Assembly (NCBI GenBank): GCA_045132055.1
Contig: JBGURP010000039.1
Location: forward strand, 64,394 to 128,393
Direction: 5' to 3'
Origin: Bacteroidales bacterium
GTDB lineage: Bacteria; Bacteroidota; Bacteroidia; Bacteroidales; WCHB1-69
DNA: 64,000 nt
This document shows, one piece after another, positions 1 to 10,900 of this stretch (the stretch's first letter is position 1; the number at the start of each line of letters is the position of its first letter). A program made the translations under genes and the position numbers. The notes under the pieces are model-generated. The model had not been told where the DNA came from. It was given only the letters and a program-made list of their open reading frames with translations, and searched no databases.

Positions 1-3000
1 GAAGTTGACTTTTCCAATAATGATCCCAGCCCGGCTGCAGCTTGTACCGACTGGACGTTTGCTGGTTGGAGTACTGCCGAAGTAACGGAGACTACCACCG
101 AGCCTACTTTTGTGACCAGTCCTTATAATCCTTCTGCTGATATCACGCTGTATGCTGTTTATCAAAAGACGGAGCAAGGCACAGGCGCAGCTACTCCTGC
201 CCGTTACGTCAAAGTGACCTCCGCTCCTAATGATTGGAGTGGTGATTATCTGATCGTGTGCGAGGGTATAGGGGTTGCTTTTGATGGAAGTCGTTCTTCA
301 CTTGATGCTAATAACAACACCATAGATGTGGAAATTAACAATGGTGTTATCGACTCCACTGCCACAACAGGTGCTGCCAAGTTCACCATTGCATCAATGA
401 ATACGACAACCGGTTATTCTATCAAGTCCGCCAGCGGAAAGTATATTGGCAGTACATCTACTAATAAAAATGAATTGTTGAGCAGTACTACTACACAATA
501 TAGCAATACAATTTCTATAGATAATGGAAATGCCTTCATTAAAGGCACCTCTCGTTACTTGCGGTACAATGGTGCTGACGGCAGGTTTAGATACTATACT
601 TCAAGTAGTCAACAGGATATTCAACTTTATAAGTACGAACCTGCTACGGCAGCTACCGTCACTACGTACAACAGCAATCCTGTTTGTTCTTACATGGTGT
701 ATGTGGATGGCAACATGCAGAATGGTACGGTTACCGTTGATCCTGCTACTGCCACCACGGAAGGCGCAGCTATCGGTTCTACTGTTACGCTGACGGCTAC
801 TCCTGCTACGGGTTATCACTTCGGTCGCTGGAATGTGACCTCATTGGGCACTTCCACTGTGGAGAGCATTGAGATTTCTGCCAACAATACATTCGTGATG
901 CCGACCAACGATGTGAATGTGTCTGCCGACTTCTGGATTGACACACTGACCATCGATGTTGTCGCCGTCCCGACTGTCGGCGGTGATGTGACTGGCGCTG
1001 GTGAGTACGAGTATGGCACCGCGGTGACCCTGACAGCCACTCCGTCCACATACTATATCTTCACTAACTGGACTGTGAATGATCAGCCGGTCTCCACAGA
1101 TGCCACCATCACGTTCAATGCTACTCAAGACAGCACCTTCAAGGCCAACTTTACACACATGGAGAAGGTTGCTTCGCTGGTTGTGGATCCTGTGGGTGGT
1201 AATTTCACTTCTGAAGATAACGTCACGATTACTATCACATGCGCTACACCTAATTCCACTATCTACTACACACTGGATGGTACGGATCCTGTGGTTCCTG
1301 GCGGCAGAAATGTCACAGGCACGCAGATTTATAGCGGACCTATCAACATTACTTCCACGACCACTTTGAAAGCTGTGGCCGCCGCTACTGACATGATCAA
1401 CAGCGACACGGTCACTGAAACCTACCGTATCGTGCCCATGCGCTATGTGAATGCATGGAATACGCTTAATGGTACCGTTTCATATGATCCTGCAAAAGAT
1501 ACCGCTGGCGCCACCATCAATGTGAATGCTGTTGCCAACGATGGTTATCACTTCGCTTCATGGCATGTGTTCGACTTCAACGGCACCGATGTAACGGTTA
1601 CCAACAACACCTTCACCATGCCTGATACCAATGTGTATGTGGACGCTATCTTCGAGCCCGATACCTTCACAGTGACGTTCGTGCTCAACGATGGTCACTT
1701 TGTGAATGGTTATACGCCTATCAGCAGATACTGGTACAAACAACAAGACGCTAATCTGCCTACTGCAGCCGATATGGAGTACGAAGGCCACAGCTTTGAT
1801 GGTTGGTATGAAAATGCTAACTTCGAAGGCAATAGCTGGACCTCTGTTCCTGACACGGCTAAGAGCAACAAGACCTACTACGCTAAGTGGAATGTCAACA
1901 GTTATGATTTGACCATCAATTATGTGGATGCTAATGGCCAAACGTTGGCTCCTGCCCATACGGAGACGCTGCAATACGGTGCATCCTACAACGTTTCTAC
2001 ACCTGATGTGGCCACATACATGCCTGACCAGACGGTAGTGAGCGGAAATATGGGCACTGCAGCCGTTACAGTTAACGTCATCTATACCCAGATTGTGATG
2101 AATGCTGTTGACAACCAGACAGTATGCACTGGTAGTACTACAACAGCTGTCGAATTCTCCCTGCCGACTACGTTGACTCAAACATTCCCCAACATGGAAG
2201 TTATGTTTGAAAAGAGTATCGACAACACTTCCATTGGCATTGCAGATGAGACGTACGGCAACATTGCTGCCTTCACCGCAGTGAACGCCGGAACGGAGCC
2301 TGTGGTGACAACCATCACAGTGACCCCGCTCTGCACCCTTAACAACCATGCAGTGCGTGGCGTGCCGCAAACCTTCACCATCACGGTGACCCCGAAACAC
2401 ACCTCCGAGTTCTCCGAGACCGTTTGCGACAACTACTACTGGGCTACTGCCGATACCACCATCGTGGATGAAGGTTTACACGACTATGTACATGTGTTTG
2501 CCAACCAATACGGCTGCGACAGCACCGTAACGTTGCACTTGACACTGTACAAGACTCCGACTTCCCTGACCACGACAGTGACGCCTAATACCAGCTGTGT
2601 GGAGACTGCTCCTAACGGTGCTATCGCCATCACCGCACCTACAGGCGACTTCGAGTACTCCATCAATGGAACCGATTGGCAGACGACAACGGAATTCGCT
2701 AACCTTGCCGCTAACGACTACTCCATCTATGTACGTCCTCTCAACTCCGAGTGCGCTTACACAGAAAATGTGACGGTGACCGACAATGTTGAGAGACCGC
2801 TGTCCACACCTTCTGTGAGCAAGGCATTCTACTGCACGGATGAGGATGTCACGCTGAGTAGCACAGGATCTTCTACGGGCAGTGAATTCGCATATGCTTG
2901 GAGTGGTCCTAACGGTTTTACCTCCACTGAGACAAGCCCTGTGCTTGCTAATCCGCTCACAAGTGCTCAGAGCGGTACTTATGTGCTTGCGGTCACCAAC

Positions 3001-3909
3001 ACAGTGACGAACTGTGTCACGGAAGCCTCTGTGGATGTTGTGGTCAACACTCCGACCACTAGCGACTATCTCTTCACCATCACAACCCATGGTGACGCAT
3101 ATGCCAATATTGACTTGAATGAGACCACGGTTACTCCGGTGTTCGCAACACCTGAGGTGCACCACTTCCAGGATGGCGCTAACGTTAACTATACGGTTGT
3201 AAACAATGCCGCTGCCACTTACGATGCAGTGGGTGATTATACCATCACTTGGACGGCAACAGACGAGTGCGGCAATGAGGTTACTACCACTCAAGTGTTG
3301 CACGTGACGCAGAACACTTGTCCTGTGGCAGCCGACGTGGATGGCAACACCTATCCTGCTGTGCAACTTGCAGGCAAGTGCTGGATGGCCAAGAACCTCC
3401 GCACCACCAAGTACAGCGACGGACGTGCTGTGAACAACCTGATGGTTTATGATAATATCATGTACCCGAACACCACCGCAAATCTCGACCGTTACGGCTA
3501 CCTGTACGACTGGACCTCTGCTATGGACGCAGAAAACGGCTTGGTGTTGGATGCAAACAACAATATTCAGGGTATATGTCCTACGGGCTGGCACATGCCG
3601 ACCGGCGAAGACTTCATGAGCACTGCTGGCAGCAACACGGCAACCGACATGTTCGACCTGCGTTACAACAATTACTGGCTCGATGGCGGTGGCAACAATA
3701 GCACCAACTTCAGCTTACTGCCTGGTGGTTGCTACAATGAGAATGCCGGCCGTTACGAGAACCTCATCGGTAACGCTTACTTGTGGGGCGTGAATGCGGC
3801 TAACCAGTCACAACCCAGAGTTTACTGGGCCGATTGTAAGTGCTACATGTGGCAGGTTAACGATGTGACCGAAGGCATGGGCTACAGCGTAAGATGTATT
3901 AAGGATTAA
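1..3909 (+). CDS. Large cell-surface repeat protein, 5-prime partial. It contains Listeria-Bacteroides / InlB-B type repeats, a chitobiase-type domain, SprB-like and HYR-like Cys modules, and a C-terminal FISUMP domain.
   Basis: Frame 1 is open from nt 1, with no stop before the GTG at 112, so the gene starts upstream of the window. Motifs read in the translation: HSFDGWYENANFEG...YYAKW (Listeria-Bacteroides repeat), GYHFGRWNV and GYHFASWHV (InlB-B-like), STIYYTLDGTDP (chitobiase C-terminal-type), NTSCVETAPNGAIAITAPTGDFEYSINGTDW (SprB-like) and YTITWTATDECGNEVTTTQVLHV (HYR-like). The C-terminus reads DGNTYPAVQLAGKCWMAKNL...CPTGWHMPT...GYSVRCIKD (Fibrobacter succinogenes major paralogous domain). 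Confidence 0.8.
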   Translation, partial: EVDFSNNDPSPAAACTDWTFAGWSTAEVTETTTEPTFVTSPYNPSADITLYAVYQKTEQGTGAATPARYVKVTSAPNDWSGDYLIVCEGIGVAFDGSRSSLDANNNTIDVEINNGVIDSTATTGAAKFTIASMNTTTGYSIKSASGKYIGSTSTNKNELLSSTTTQYSNTISIDNGNAFIKGTSRYLRYNGADGRFRYYTSSSQQDIQLYKYEPATAATVTTYNSNPVCSYMVYVDGNMQNGTVTVDPATATTEGAAIGSTVTLTATPATGYHFGRWNVTSLGTSTVESIEISANNTFVMPTNDVNVSADFWIDTLTIDVVAVPTVGGDVTGAGEYEYGTAVTLTATPSTYYIFTNWTVNDQPVSTDATITFNATQDSTFKANFTHMEKVASLVVDPVGGNFTSEDNVTITITCATPNSTIYYTLDGTDPVVPGGRNVTGTQIYSGPINITSTTTLKAVAAATDMINSDTVTETYRIVPMRYVNAWNTLNGTVSYDPAKDTAGATINVNAVANDGYHFASWHVFDFNGTDVTVTNNTFTMPDTNVYVDAIFEPDTFTVTFVLNDGHFVNGYTPISRYWYKQQDANLPTAADMEYEGHSFDGWYENANFEGNSWTSVPDTAKSNKTYYAKWNVNSYDLTINYVDANGQTLAPAHTETLQYGASYNVSTPDVATYMPDQTVVSGNMGTAAVTVNVIYTQIVMNAVDNQTVCTGSTTTAVEFSLPTTLTQTFPNMEVMFEKSIDNTSIGIADETYGNIAAFTAVNAGTEPVVTTITVTPLCTLNNHAVRGVPQTFTITVTPKHTSEFSETVCDNYYWATADTTIVDEGLHDYVHVFANQYGCDSTVTLHLTLYKTPTSLTTTVTPNTSCVETAPNGAIAITAPTGDFEYSINGTDWQTTTEFANLAANDYSIYVRPLNSECAYTENVTVTDNVERPLSTPSVSKAFYCTDEDVTLSSTGSSTGSEFAYAWSGPNGFTSTETSPVLANPLTSAQSGTYVLAVTNTVTNCVTEASVDVVVNTPTTSDYLFTITTHGDAYANIDLNETTVTPVFATPEVHHFQDGANVNYTVVNNAAATYDAVGDYTITWTATDECGNEVTTTQVLHVTQNTCPVAADVDGNTYPAVQLAGKCWMAKNLRTTKYSDGRAVNNLMVYDNIMYPNTTANLDRYGYLYDWTSAMDAENGLVLDANNNIQGICPTGWHMPTGEDFMSTAGSNTATDMFDLRYNNYWLDGGGNNSTNFSLLPGGCYNENAGRYENLIGNAYLWGVNAANQSQPRVYWADCKCYMWQVNDVTEGMGYSVRCIKD

Positions 3910-3932
3910 GGATAGAAAATCCTTTCCGCACA

Positions 3933-3968
3933 AGGAGGATGACGGCATCGTCATCCTCCTTTTTTTAT
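3933..3968 (+). terminator. Rho-independent terminator after the surface-protein gene
   Basis: Perfect 11-bp stem ggaggatgacg / cgtcatcctcc (3934-3944 / 3949-3959) with loop gcat, followed by a T-run. Confidence 0.7.
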
Positions 3969-3976
3969 TATTTTTG
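3969..3976 (+). promoter_or_regulatory. Bacteroides-type -7 promoter box (TATTTTTG)
   Basis: Matches TAnnTTTG, 21 nt upstream of ATG 3998. Confidence 0.4.
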
Positions 3977-3997
3977 CCGCAACAAAATATTCTGGCA

Positions 3998-5029
3998 ATG
4001 AAAACGAAAATCATGCTTATGATGCTGGCGCTTGGGTGTGCCTGCCAGACAGGTGCCCAGCCATCGCGCGACTCACTGATGGTCGCATTCTACAATGTAG
4101 AAAACCTGTTCCACCCCTCCGACGACTCGCTCACCCGTGATGATGACTTCACGCCTGAAGGCTTGTATCATTGGAGTTACAAGAAGTATTACAAGAAGAT
4201 TGCCAATGTGGCCAAGGTGCTGGTGGCCATGGGCGGGGGCAGTCCTCCGGCGCTCGTGGGTCTGGCTGAAATAGAGAATGAGCAGGTGCTCAAGGATCTC
4301 TGCTACCGCTCGCCGCTCCGCGCCTACGGCTACAGGTACGTGCATCACGACTCTCCCGACCGCCGCGGCGTGGATGTGGCGCTGCTCTACCGCGACAGCT
4401 TGGTGACAGTCCTCCGCGAGCACAAAGTGCCAGTAGTCTTCCCCTTTGAGCCGAAAACCCGCAATCGCGATTTGCTTTACGCGCTGGTGCGGCTCCCGTG
4501 TGGCGACTCGCTGCATCTGGTTGTCAACCACTGGACCTCGCGCTTTGGCGGCTATGCGGCCACTATCCCCAAGCGCAACCATTACGCCGACGTGACCCGC
4601 CAGCTGGTCGATTCCGTGATGCATCTCAATCCCTTTGCCAATGTGCTATTGCTGGGCGATTTCAACGATTATGCCACAGACGAGAGCATGGTGGCTCATT
4701 TGCGTGCCCGAGCGTTTGCGCCGGAGAATTCGGAGGATACCCTTTTCAATCTGATGTATTATTTTGAAAACCAGAACAATATGGGGTCGCACAAGCACGA
4801 GGATTTTTGGAGATGTTTGGATCAGATCATCGTTTCCAGAGCCCTGTTATTAGGCAATTCCCGGTTGCGCATCGCCCACCAGCGGCCTTACATCTTCCAG
4901 GCCCCGTTTCTTTTTGTGCCCGATGAAAAATATGGTGGTGTGAAAACCTATCGCACCTTCCTCGGCCCGCGCTACATCGGCGGCTACGCCGACCACCTGC
5001 CAGTGTATGTGCTGATTCTATGCGACTAA
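3998..5029 (+). CDS. Secreted endonuclease/exonuclease/phosphatase (EEP) family protein
   Basis: The signal-peptide-like N-terminus MKTKIMLMMLALGCACQ is followed by VAFYNVENLF, then later LLGDFND and ADHLPV, all typical of the EEP fold. The ORF-track start 3974 is a TTG inside the promoter box, so I used ATG 3998. Confidence 0.75.
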   Translation: MKTKIMLMMLALGCACQTGAQPSRDSLMVAFYNVENLFHPSDDSLTRDDDFTPEGLYHWSYKKYYKKIANVAKVLVAMGGGSPPALVGLAEIENEQVLKDLCYRSPLRAYGYRYVHHDSPDRRGVDVALLYRDSLVTVLREHKVPVVFPFEPKTRNRDLLYALVRLPCGDSLHLVVNHWTSRFGGYAATIPKRNHYADVTRQLVDSVMHLNPFANVLLLGDFNDYATDESMVAHLRARAFAPENSEDTLFNLMYYFENQNNMGSHKHEDFWRCLDQIIVSRALLLGNSRLRIAHQRPYIFQAPFLFVPDEKYGGVKTYRTFLGPRYIGGYADHLPVYVLILCD

Positions 5030-5068
5030 AAACAAGATTTTCCATTTTTATCCTCTCCTTCACCCCTT

Positions 5069-5644
5069 CTATAGTATCATCCCATACACCAACCCTCCTG
5101 CCACTCCGCTCAACACTATCAGCAGGATGGGACTGACCTTAAAACGAAGGGAGACGACGAATACAGCGGCGAAAATGGCGATACTGACCCATATCTGTGG
5201 CGAGGCGATACCGAATGTCTCCGGGGTGGCCAAAAGCAACGCAGCGGCCGCAATAAGGCCTACAATGACCAGCCGGAGCCACGACATGGCAGTGGCGATG
5301 ATCGGATTGTCCTTGTGCTTGAGGAGAAACCGGCATACGATGAGCATGAGTGTGACAGGCACGAGAATGACGGAGAGAGAGGCGAGTAGGGCTCCCAGAA
5401 TGCCGAACCACTCGGAGTACCCTGCATTCACGATGGCCGTGTAGCCCGTATAAGTCGCTGTGTTGATGCCGACAGGGCCTGGCGTAATCTGCGAGGTGGC
5501 CACGATATCGGCGAACTCCTGGCTCGTGAGCCAGCCCTGCTTTTCCACCACTTCATTCTGGATGAGTGCGATAGCAGCCAGTCCTCCGCCAAAAGTGAAG
5601 GCTCCGATTTTCAGGAAAGTCCAAAACAGCCGCAGAAAAATCAT
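5069..5644 (-). CDS. chrA: Chromate transporter family protein (short-chain CHR, second half of a pair)
   Basis: FLKIGAFTFGGGLAAIALIQNEVVEKQGWLTSQEF is the CHR signature. The protein has about 6 hydrophobic segments. Its start overlaps the upstream paralog's stop by 4 nt (ATGA). Confidence 0.85.
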   Translation of the reverse strand: MIFLRLFWTFLKIGAFTFGGGLAAIALIQNEVVEKQGWLTSQEFADIVATSQITPGPVGINTATYTGYTAIVNAGYSEWFGILGALLASLSVILVPVTLMLIVCRFLLKHKDNPIIATAMSWLRLVIVGLIAAAALLLATPETFGIASPQIWVSIAIFAAVFVVSLRFKVSPILLIVLSGVAGGLVYGMIL

Positions 5645-6192
5645 ATCCCCTCCTTTCGTTGCTTTTTGTAGTGCCCATAGATGAGTCCGGCAGCGAGCGT
5701 GGCCAATATGATCCAGATGGGGGAAATGCCTAACAGGTAGATGAGTGCGGCGGCCACAATCGGAACCCAGCAGTTACGCCAATTGATCCGGGCAGTCTTG
5801 GCCATGTTGAACACGGGAGCTGCTATAAGAGCCACAACTGCGGGGCGGATGCCTTTGAAGATGGCCTCGAAGATGGCATTGTCTTTCAAAAACCGGAAAC
5901 AGGTAGCTAGGCAGAGGATGATGACGATGGGGATGGCGATATTGCCGATGATGGCGGCCAGGCTGCCTCGGAAACCGCGCAACCGGTAGCCCACATTGGT
6001 GGCCATGTTGACGGCAAAGATGCCCGGCATAGCCTGCGATACCGCCAAGATATCCATAAAGTCCTCTCGATTAACCCATTGACGCTGATCCACTAGCTCC
6101 TTTTCCATCAGCGGTATCATGGCGTACCCACCTCCGATGGTGAAGGTTCCGATTTTGAAAAAAGACCAGAAAAGCTCGCGTAATCTTGGCAT
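5641..6192 (-). CDS. chrA: Chromate transporter family protein (short-chain CHR, first half of a pair)
   Basis: FFKIGTFTIGGGYAMIPLMEKELVDQRQWVNREDF is paralogous to the downstream gene. The two appear translationally coupled. Confidence 0.85.
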   Translation of the reverse strand: MPRLRELFWSFFKIGTFTIGGGYAMIPLMEKELVDQRQWVNREDFMDILAVSQAMPGIFAVNMATNVGYRLRGFRGSLAAIIGNIAIPIVIILCLATCFRFLKDNAIFEAIFKGIRPAVVALIAAPVFNMAKTARINWRNCWVPIVAAALIYLLGISPIWIILATLAAGLIYGHYKKQRKEGI

Positions 6193-6209
6193 GATTTTGA
6201 AAATGCGTG

Positions 6210-6217
6210 CAAAAATA
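6210..6217 (-). promoter_or_regulatory. Bacteroides-type -7 box (TATTTTTG on the minus strand) for the chrA pair
   Basis: The reverse complement of caaaaata matches TAnnTTTG, 17 nt upstream of start 6192. Confidence 0.4.
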
Positions 6218-6259
6218 GCAATTATTCACGAGATGAATTTCCAAATCGGCTGAAAGTGT

Positions 6260-6267
6260 TATTTTTG
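6260..6267 (+). promoter_or_regulatory. Bacteroides-type -7 box (TATTTTTG)
   Basis: Only 9 nt upstream of ATG 6277, which implies a very short or absent leader. Confidence 0.35.
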
Positions 6268-6276
6268 CCGACAATT

Positions 6277-7848
6277 ATGATACAGTTAAAACTCTCCAAT
6301 ATCCGAATCCCCGTTTCGGCAAACCCGAATGTGAAAAATGCGGTTTGCCAGCAGTATCACATCCGCCATGAGGATGTGCAGGAATACCGCGTGCTCCGGC
6401 AGGCCATCGACGCGCGCAAGAAAAACAAGGTGATGTACGATTACCAAGTGGCTGTCACCTTGCCCGATAACTACGCCTCTCTTCTTGAAAAAGACGGTGT
6501 TTCTCATCTGAAACCGTCTGTGGAAGTCGAATATCCATTGTGGAAGGATGACCTCCGCCCTGTGGTGGTCGGCTTCGGGCCCTCTGGCATGTTCGCCGCC
6601 CTGTATTTGGCCCGTTGCCAAGCCAAGCCCATCATTTTGGAGCGCGGCGGCAAAATCGAGGACCGCAAAAGGGCTGTGGCCGACTTCATGTACACCAAAA
6701 TGCTCAACCCTAACTCTAACATCCAGTTTGGAGAGGGTGGGGCAGGCACTTTCTCCGATGGCAAACTCAATACCAATGTGCATAGCGAGTATAATGATTT
6801 TGTACTGAAGGAGTTTCACAAGCATGGTGCCCACGAGGATGTCACGTACATGCAGAACCCGCATGTGGGGACCGATTATCTGGAGAAAGTGGTCCGGAAT
6901 ATGCGTCTGGAGATTGAATCCTTGGGTGGAGAGTTCCATTTCAATACGACTTTCACTGATTTTCATCGGGATGGGGATGTGATAGAGCTGGTTTGTGCAC
7001 CGGAGCTCAAAATTCGCACCCATCATGTTTTGCTGGGTCTGGGCCACTCGGCCCGCGATACCATCCGGCGATTGCATGAGCGCGGCATGACGATGGAGGC
7101 CAAGCCCTTTTCCATGGGCGTGCGCATTGAGCATCAGCAACGCCGCATCAATCGCATGCAGTATGGTGAGGCGGCGCGGATTCTGCCGCCGGCCTCCTAC
7201 AAGGGCGTGGTCCATCTTCCCGAGCGGAGCGTCTATACCTTCTGCATGTGTCCCGGTGGCACCGTCATGGCCTCCACCAGCGAACCCGACACTATCGTGA
7301 CCAATGGCATGAGCGAACGCAAACGCGACAAGGCCAACTCTAACAGTGCCCTTCTGGTGAATGTTAACCCAGAAGATTATCTGAAAAATAGCCCGTTGGA
7401 TGGATTGGACTATCAGGAAAAATACGAGCGGCTGGCTTTTGAAGTGGCAGGCGACTACCGTGCTCCCGGCAATCTGGTGGGCGAGTTCCTGCAGGATAAG
7501 ATAGCGCAGATGTACCGTAGCGTGAAGCCTTCCTATCCGCACGGCGTGGTATTCTGCGACCTTCATCGCTGTCTGCCCGATTATGTGGTGGACTCTCTGC
7601 GCAAGGCGTTGCCGCTCTTCGACCGCAAGATGCCCGGTTTTGCCGACCCCGATGCAGTGCTCACCGGTGTGGAAACGCGTTCGTCGTCCCCTGTACGCAT
7701 GGTGCGCGGTGAGGACCGTGTCTGTTCGCTCCCTGGCTTCTATCCCATTGGCGAGGGCGCAGGCTATGCGGGTGGCATTATGAGTGCAGCCATCGATGGC
7801 TTGAAAACGGCCATGTTTCTATTATCTTTGCTTGAGTTGAAATGTTAG
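6277..7848 (+). CDS. FAD-dependent oxidoreductase (COG2509-like uncharacterised dehydrogenase)
   Basis: Dinucleotide-binding motif VVVGFGPSGMFAALYLA, and the C-terminal FYPIGEGAGYAGGIMSAAIDG motif typical of this family. The start was moved to ATG 6277 (MIQLKLSNIRIP). Confidence 0.75.
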   Translation: MIQLKLSNIRIPVSANPNVKNAVCQQYHIRHEDVQEYRVLRQAIDARKKNKVMYDYQVAVTLPDNYASLLEKDGVSHLKPSVEVEYPLWKDDLRPVVVGFGPSGMFAALYLARCQAKPIILERGGKIEDRKRAVADFMYTKMLNPNSNIQFGEGGAGTFSDGKLNTNVHSEYNDFVLKEFHKHGAHEDVTYMQNPHVGTDYLEKVVRNMRLEIESLGGEFHFNTTFTDFHRDGDVIELVCAPELKIRTHHVLLGLGHSARDTIRRLHERGMTMEAKPFSMGVRIEHQQRRINRMQYGEAARILPPASYKGVVHLPERSVYTFCMCPGGTVMASTSEPDTIVTNGMSERKRDKANSNSALLVNVNPEDYLKNSPLDGLDYQEKYERLAFEVAGDYRAPGNLVGEFLQDKIAQMYRSVKPSYPHGVVFCDLHRCLPDYVVDSLRKALPLFDRKMPGFADPDAVLTGVETRSSSPVRMVRGEDRVCSLPGFYPIGEGAGYAGGIMSAAIDGLKTAMFLLSLLELKC

Positions 7849-7871
7849 CACTCGGCATTGGGATTTTTTTG

Positions 7872-7879
7872 TAATTTTG
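7872..7879 (+). promoter_or_regulatory. Bacteroides-type -7 box (TAATTTTG)
   Basis: Matches TAnnTTTG, 99 nt upstream of ATG 7979. The resulting leader contains a 13-bp perfect inverted repeat. Confidence 0.35.
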
Positions 7880-7978
7880 GCATCTTGTTAAATATGGATA
7901 GCTATTTTCCTTTGGGTATTGTATCTTGCTGGTATTTAACAAGATGAGTATTTTGTGTCCTACTGCAACATTTTGATT

Positions 7979-10900
7979 ATGGCTTATATTTTACGCTTTT
8001 TTAACGAAAACAGAAAGAGAACAGTGTTGTCGGCCATTGTGTTGGCATTCTGTTTGCTGCTGACGACTTTGCCACTGACGGCGCAGATTACCACTTCTTC
8101 CATCTCGGGAAATATCAGTGATGGGAAGAACCCTATCTCGGACGCAGTGGTCACTGTCGTGCACAACCCCACAAGCACCTATTACTATGTTTTCTCCAAC
8201 CAAAAAGGCAACTTTATCATCAACAACATTTTAGTAGGAGGTCCCTACACGGTTCGCGTGGAACGTCTCAATTACCAAACCGCAGTGGTGCACGACATCA
8301 TGGCCCCTATCGGTGAGACTGCCATTGTTAATGTGGCGTTAGCCCGCACTTCGCAGCGAATTGAGGAGATTACCATTTTCGGCGACGGAGAGAAATCATC
8401 TATGAATATCAGCCGCTCGGGTACTGGTATCCTCATCAACAGCAACGAAATACTGATGGTGCCTACCGTGAGTCGCAGCTTATACGACATGTTGAGATAT
8501 ACTCCACAAGGACTGATAACGGACGGAGGAGCAGCGTTCGGCGGTGCCAACTATCGGGGATCCTATGTCACGGTGGACGGGGCTTCTTTCAACAACGCTT
8601 TCGGCATCGGTTCGAGCCTACCCGCCGGCGGCACCCCGATTTCCCTTGAGGCTATCGACCAGGTCAGTGTCAACCTCACTCCTTACAACGTCCGCCACAG
8701 CGGCTTCCAAGGCAGTGCCATCAACATGGTTACCAGACACGGCACAAACAAATGGCATGGTTCTGTTTATAACTACTTTACCAATAATAATTTGCAAGGA
8801 AATCGGGTCGGCGATGACTGGTTAGCGGTTCCATCAACCCTCAACAATACCATTGGCATCACTCTCGAGGGTCCCATCGTCAAGGACAAGCTTTTCTTCT
8901 TTGTCAATGGGGAATACGTGGTGAGTCACGACGCCGGATCCGACGTCTTATCTCGTACAGACGAGAGTCAGGCTTACGGTGGCAGCACCGGATTCAATCG
9001 CCCCACCACAGGTCAAATGGATGCCATACATCATTTCCTTGTTGACAAATACGGTTATGATCCAGGACGTTACGAATACTACACAGTGAAGACCCCCGAT
9101 TACAGGCTTTTTGGCCGTCTGGACTGGAGAATCAACGATTACAATCTGTTCCATATACGTTTTTCACACACGCACGTCTCCACCCCACACCCTGCGGCCA
9201 GCTCTTTCAACCCATTGGGAGGAAGCAACATTACACTTCTGTCCAACGGGGAACTCTATACAGTGAATCGCGACAATGCCGGACGTAACTCGCAATATTC
9301 GATGCCGTTTGAATCGGCCAACTATTGCCAATACCAGAACTTCACCTCCATAGCGGCGGAACTTAACAGTCATGTGCTGAACGGACAAGGCAATAATATG
9401 GCCCGAATCACTTGGTCATTGCAAAATGAGCCTCGCACTTTCGTGGGTGGATACTTCCCGACTGTTGATATTTTGGAGCCATATACTGCCGCTGACGGCA
9501 GCACGCAGTTAGCCCTGTTCACAACGTTTGGCCCGGACCCGTTCACCTATAACAATCTTCGCCGCGTTAACACCATCACGCTCACAGATGAATTCAACTA
9601 CAAAAAAGGCATCCACAATATCATGACTGGTGCGCAGTTTGAATGGAATCGTATTGTCAACGGCTTCATGCAAGGCGGTGCCGGCTGGTATGTCTATGAT
9701 TCATGGCAGTCTTTCCTTGCAGATGCAAACGGCGAGGAAGGTGCCGGACCTTCATTGTTCATGATCACCCATGCCAACACAGACACCCCCACCGAACAGG
9801 TCTTTCCAACTTTCAACCAATCTCAGATTTCCATTTACGCTCAAGATGACATGGAATTCAGCAAGTTTTTCAAACTCACGGTCGGCCTTCGTCTGGAGAC
9901 GCCATTTATCCGTTTCCGCTACGACAATCGAAATGTCGAGTTTGATCAAATTGCGGCAGCGAATCCGAACAGCTCTTTTGCGGGACTCAGCACCGCCGAC
10001 GTTCCGAAATTTGACTGCCACGTTTCCCCGCGTGTCGGATTCAACTGGGATATAACCCACAAGCGTAAAGTCGTCCTTCGTGGCGGTACAGGCCTCTTTA
10101 CGGGCCGTATTCCTAACGTATGGCTGGTAAGTGCAGCGGGCAACTCAAATTGCCTTCAATACCAATACATCGCCAATCTGGAAACAGGACAGGATGTGGT
10201 GAACTTCGACCCTGACCTTTCGAATATCATCAACAGCGTTCACCAGGGTCAGGAGTACAGCCAAACCAATCTGCCTGCACCTACCAATGCTACCATTTTG
10301 GCAAAGGATTTGCACATGCCCACTAGCTGGAAATCCTCTATAGCCTTGGACTTTGTGATTCCCGGCGATATCAAGGCCACTTTGGAAGGTGTCTATTCCT
10401 ACAATTTCAATGAAGTCTATGCCAAGGTGTTAGGCTATAAGGAAGACGGTACTGTATTGCTCCCTGGAGAGCCCGATGCACGCACCCACTATGCAAGTGA
10501 GGGCATCGCCAACAGTAATGGCTCTTACATGAGTGGATACTACCTCTACAACTCGAAAAAACTGCACGGGCAGTACTTCTCCTTTACCGCTCAGCTGACC
10601 AAAGAATTCCATTTTGGTCTGAATTTGATGGCAGCATACACATTAAGCAATGCAAGGACAATTTCAGATGGTATAAGTGACCAAGTCTCCAGTTTGGCAA
10701 ACACTGCCAATGTGAATGGATGCAACAGCCCAGAGATCGGACTTGCCGGCTATGTCGCGCCCCACCGCGTGATTGCCTCCGTCGGATACACCATCAAGGA
10801 AGGCCCACATACGGCGACGCGGCTCGGTCTTTTCTACGAGGGTTTGAATATGGGAATCTATAGTTTGAGCTACCGCTCCCACCGTTCTTACCTCATTGAC

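Noticed and set aside
6286-7566. 426-aa minus-strand ORF antisense to the FAD-dependent oxidoreductase gene. The same applies to 27221-28471 (antisense to proS), 22326-23441 (antisense to the 419-aa gene) and 53996-57286 (several ORFs antisense to rpoC).
   Set aside because: In each case the sense-strand product has clear family motifs, whereas the antisense translation has none. They are shadow ORFs.
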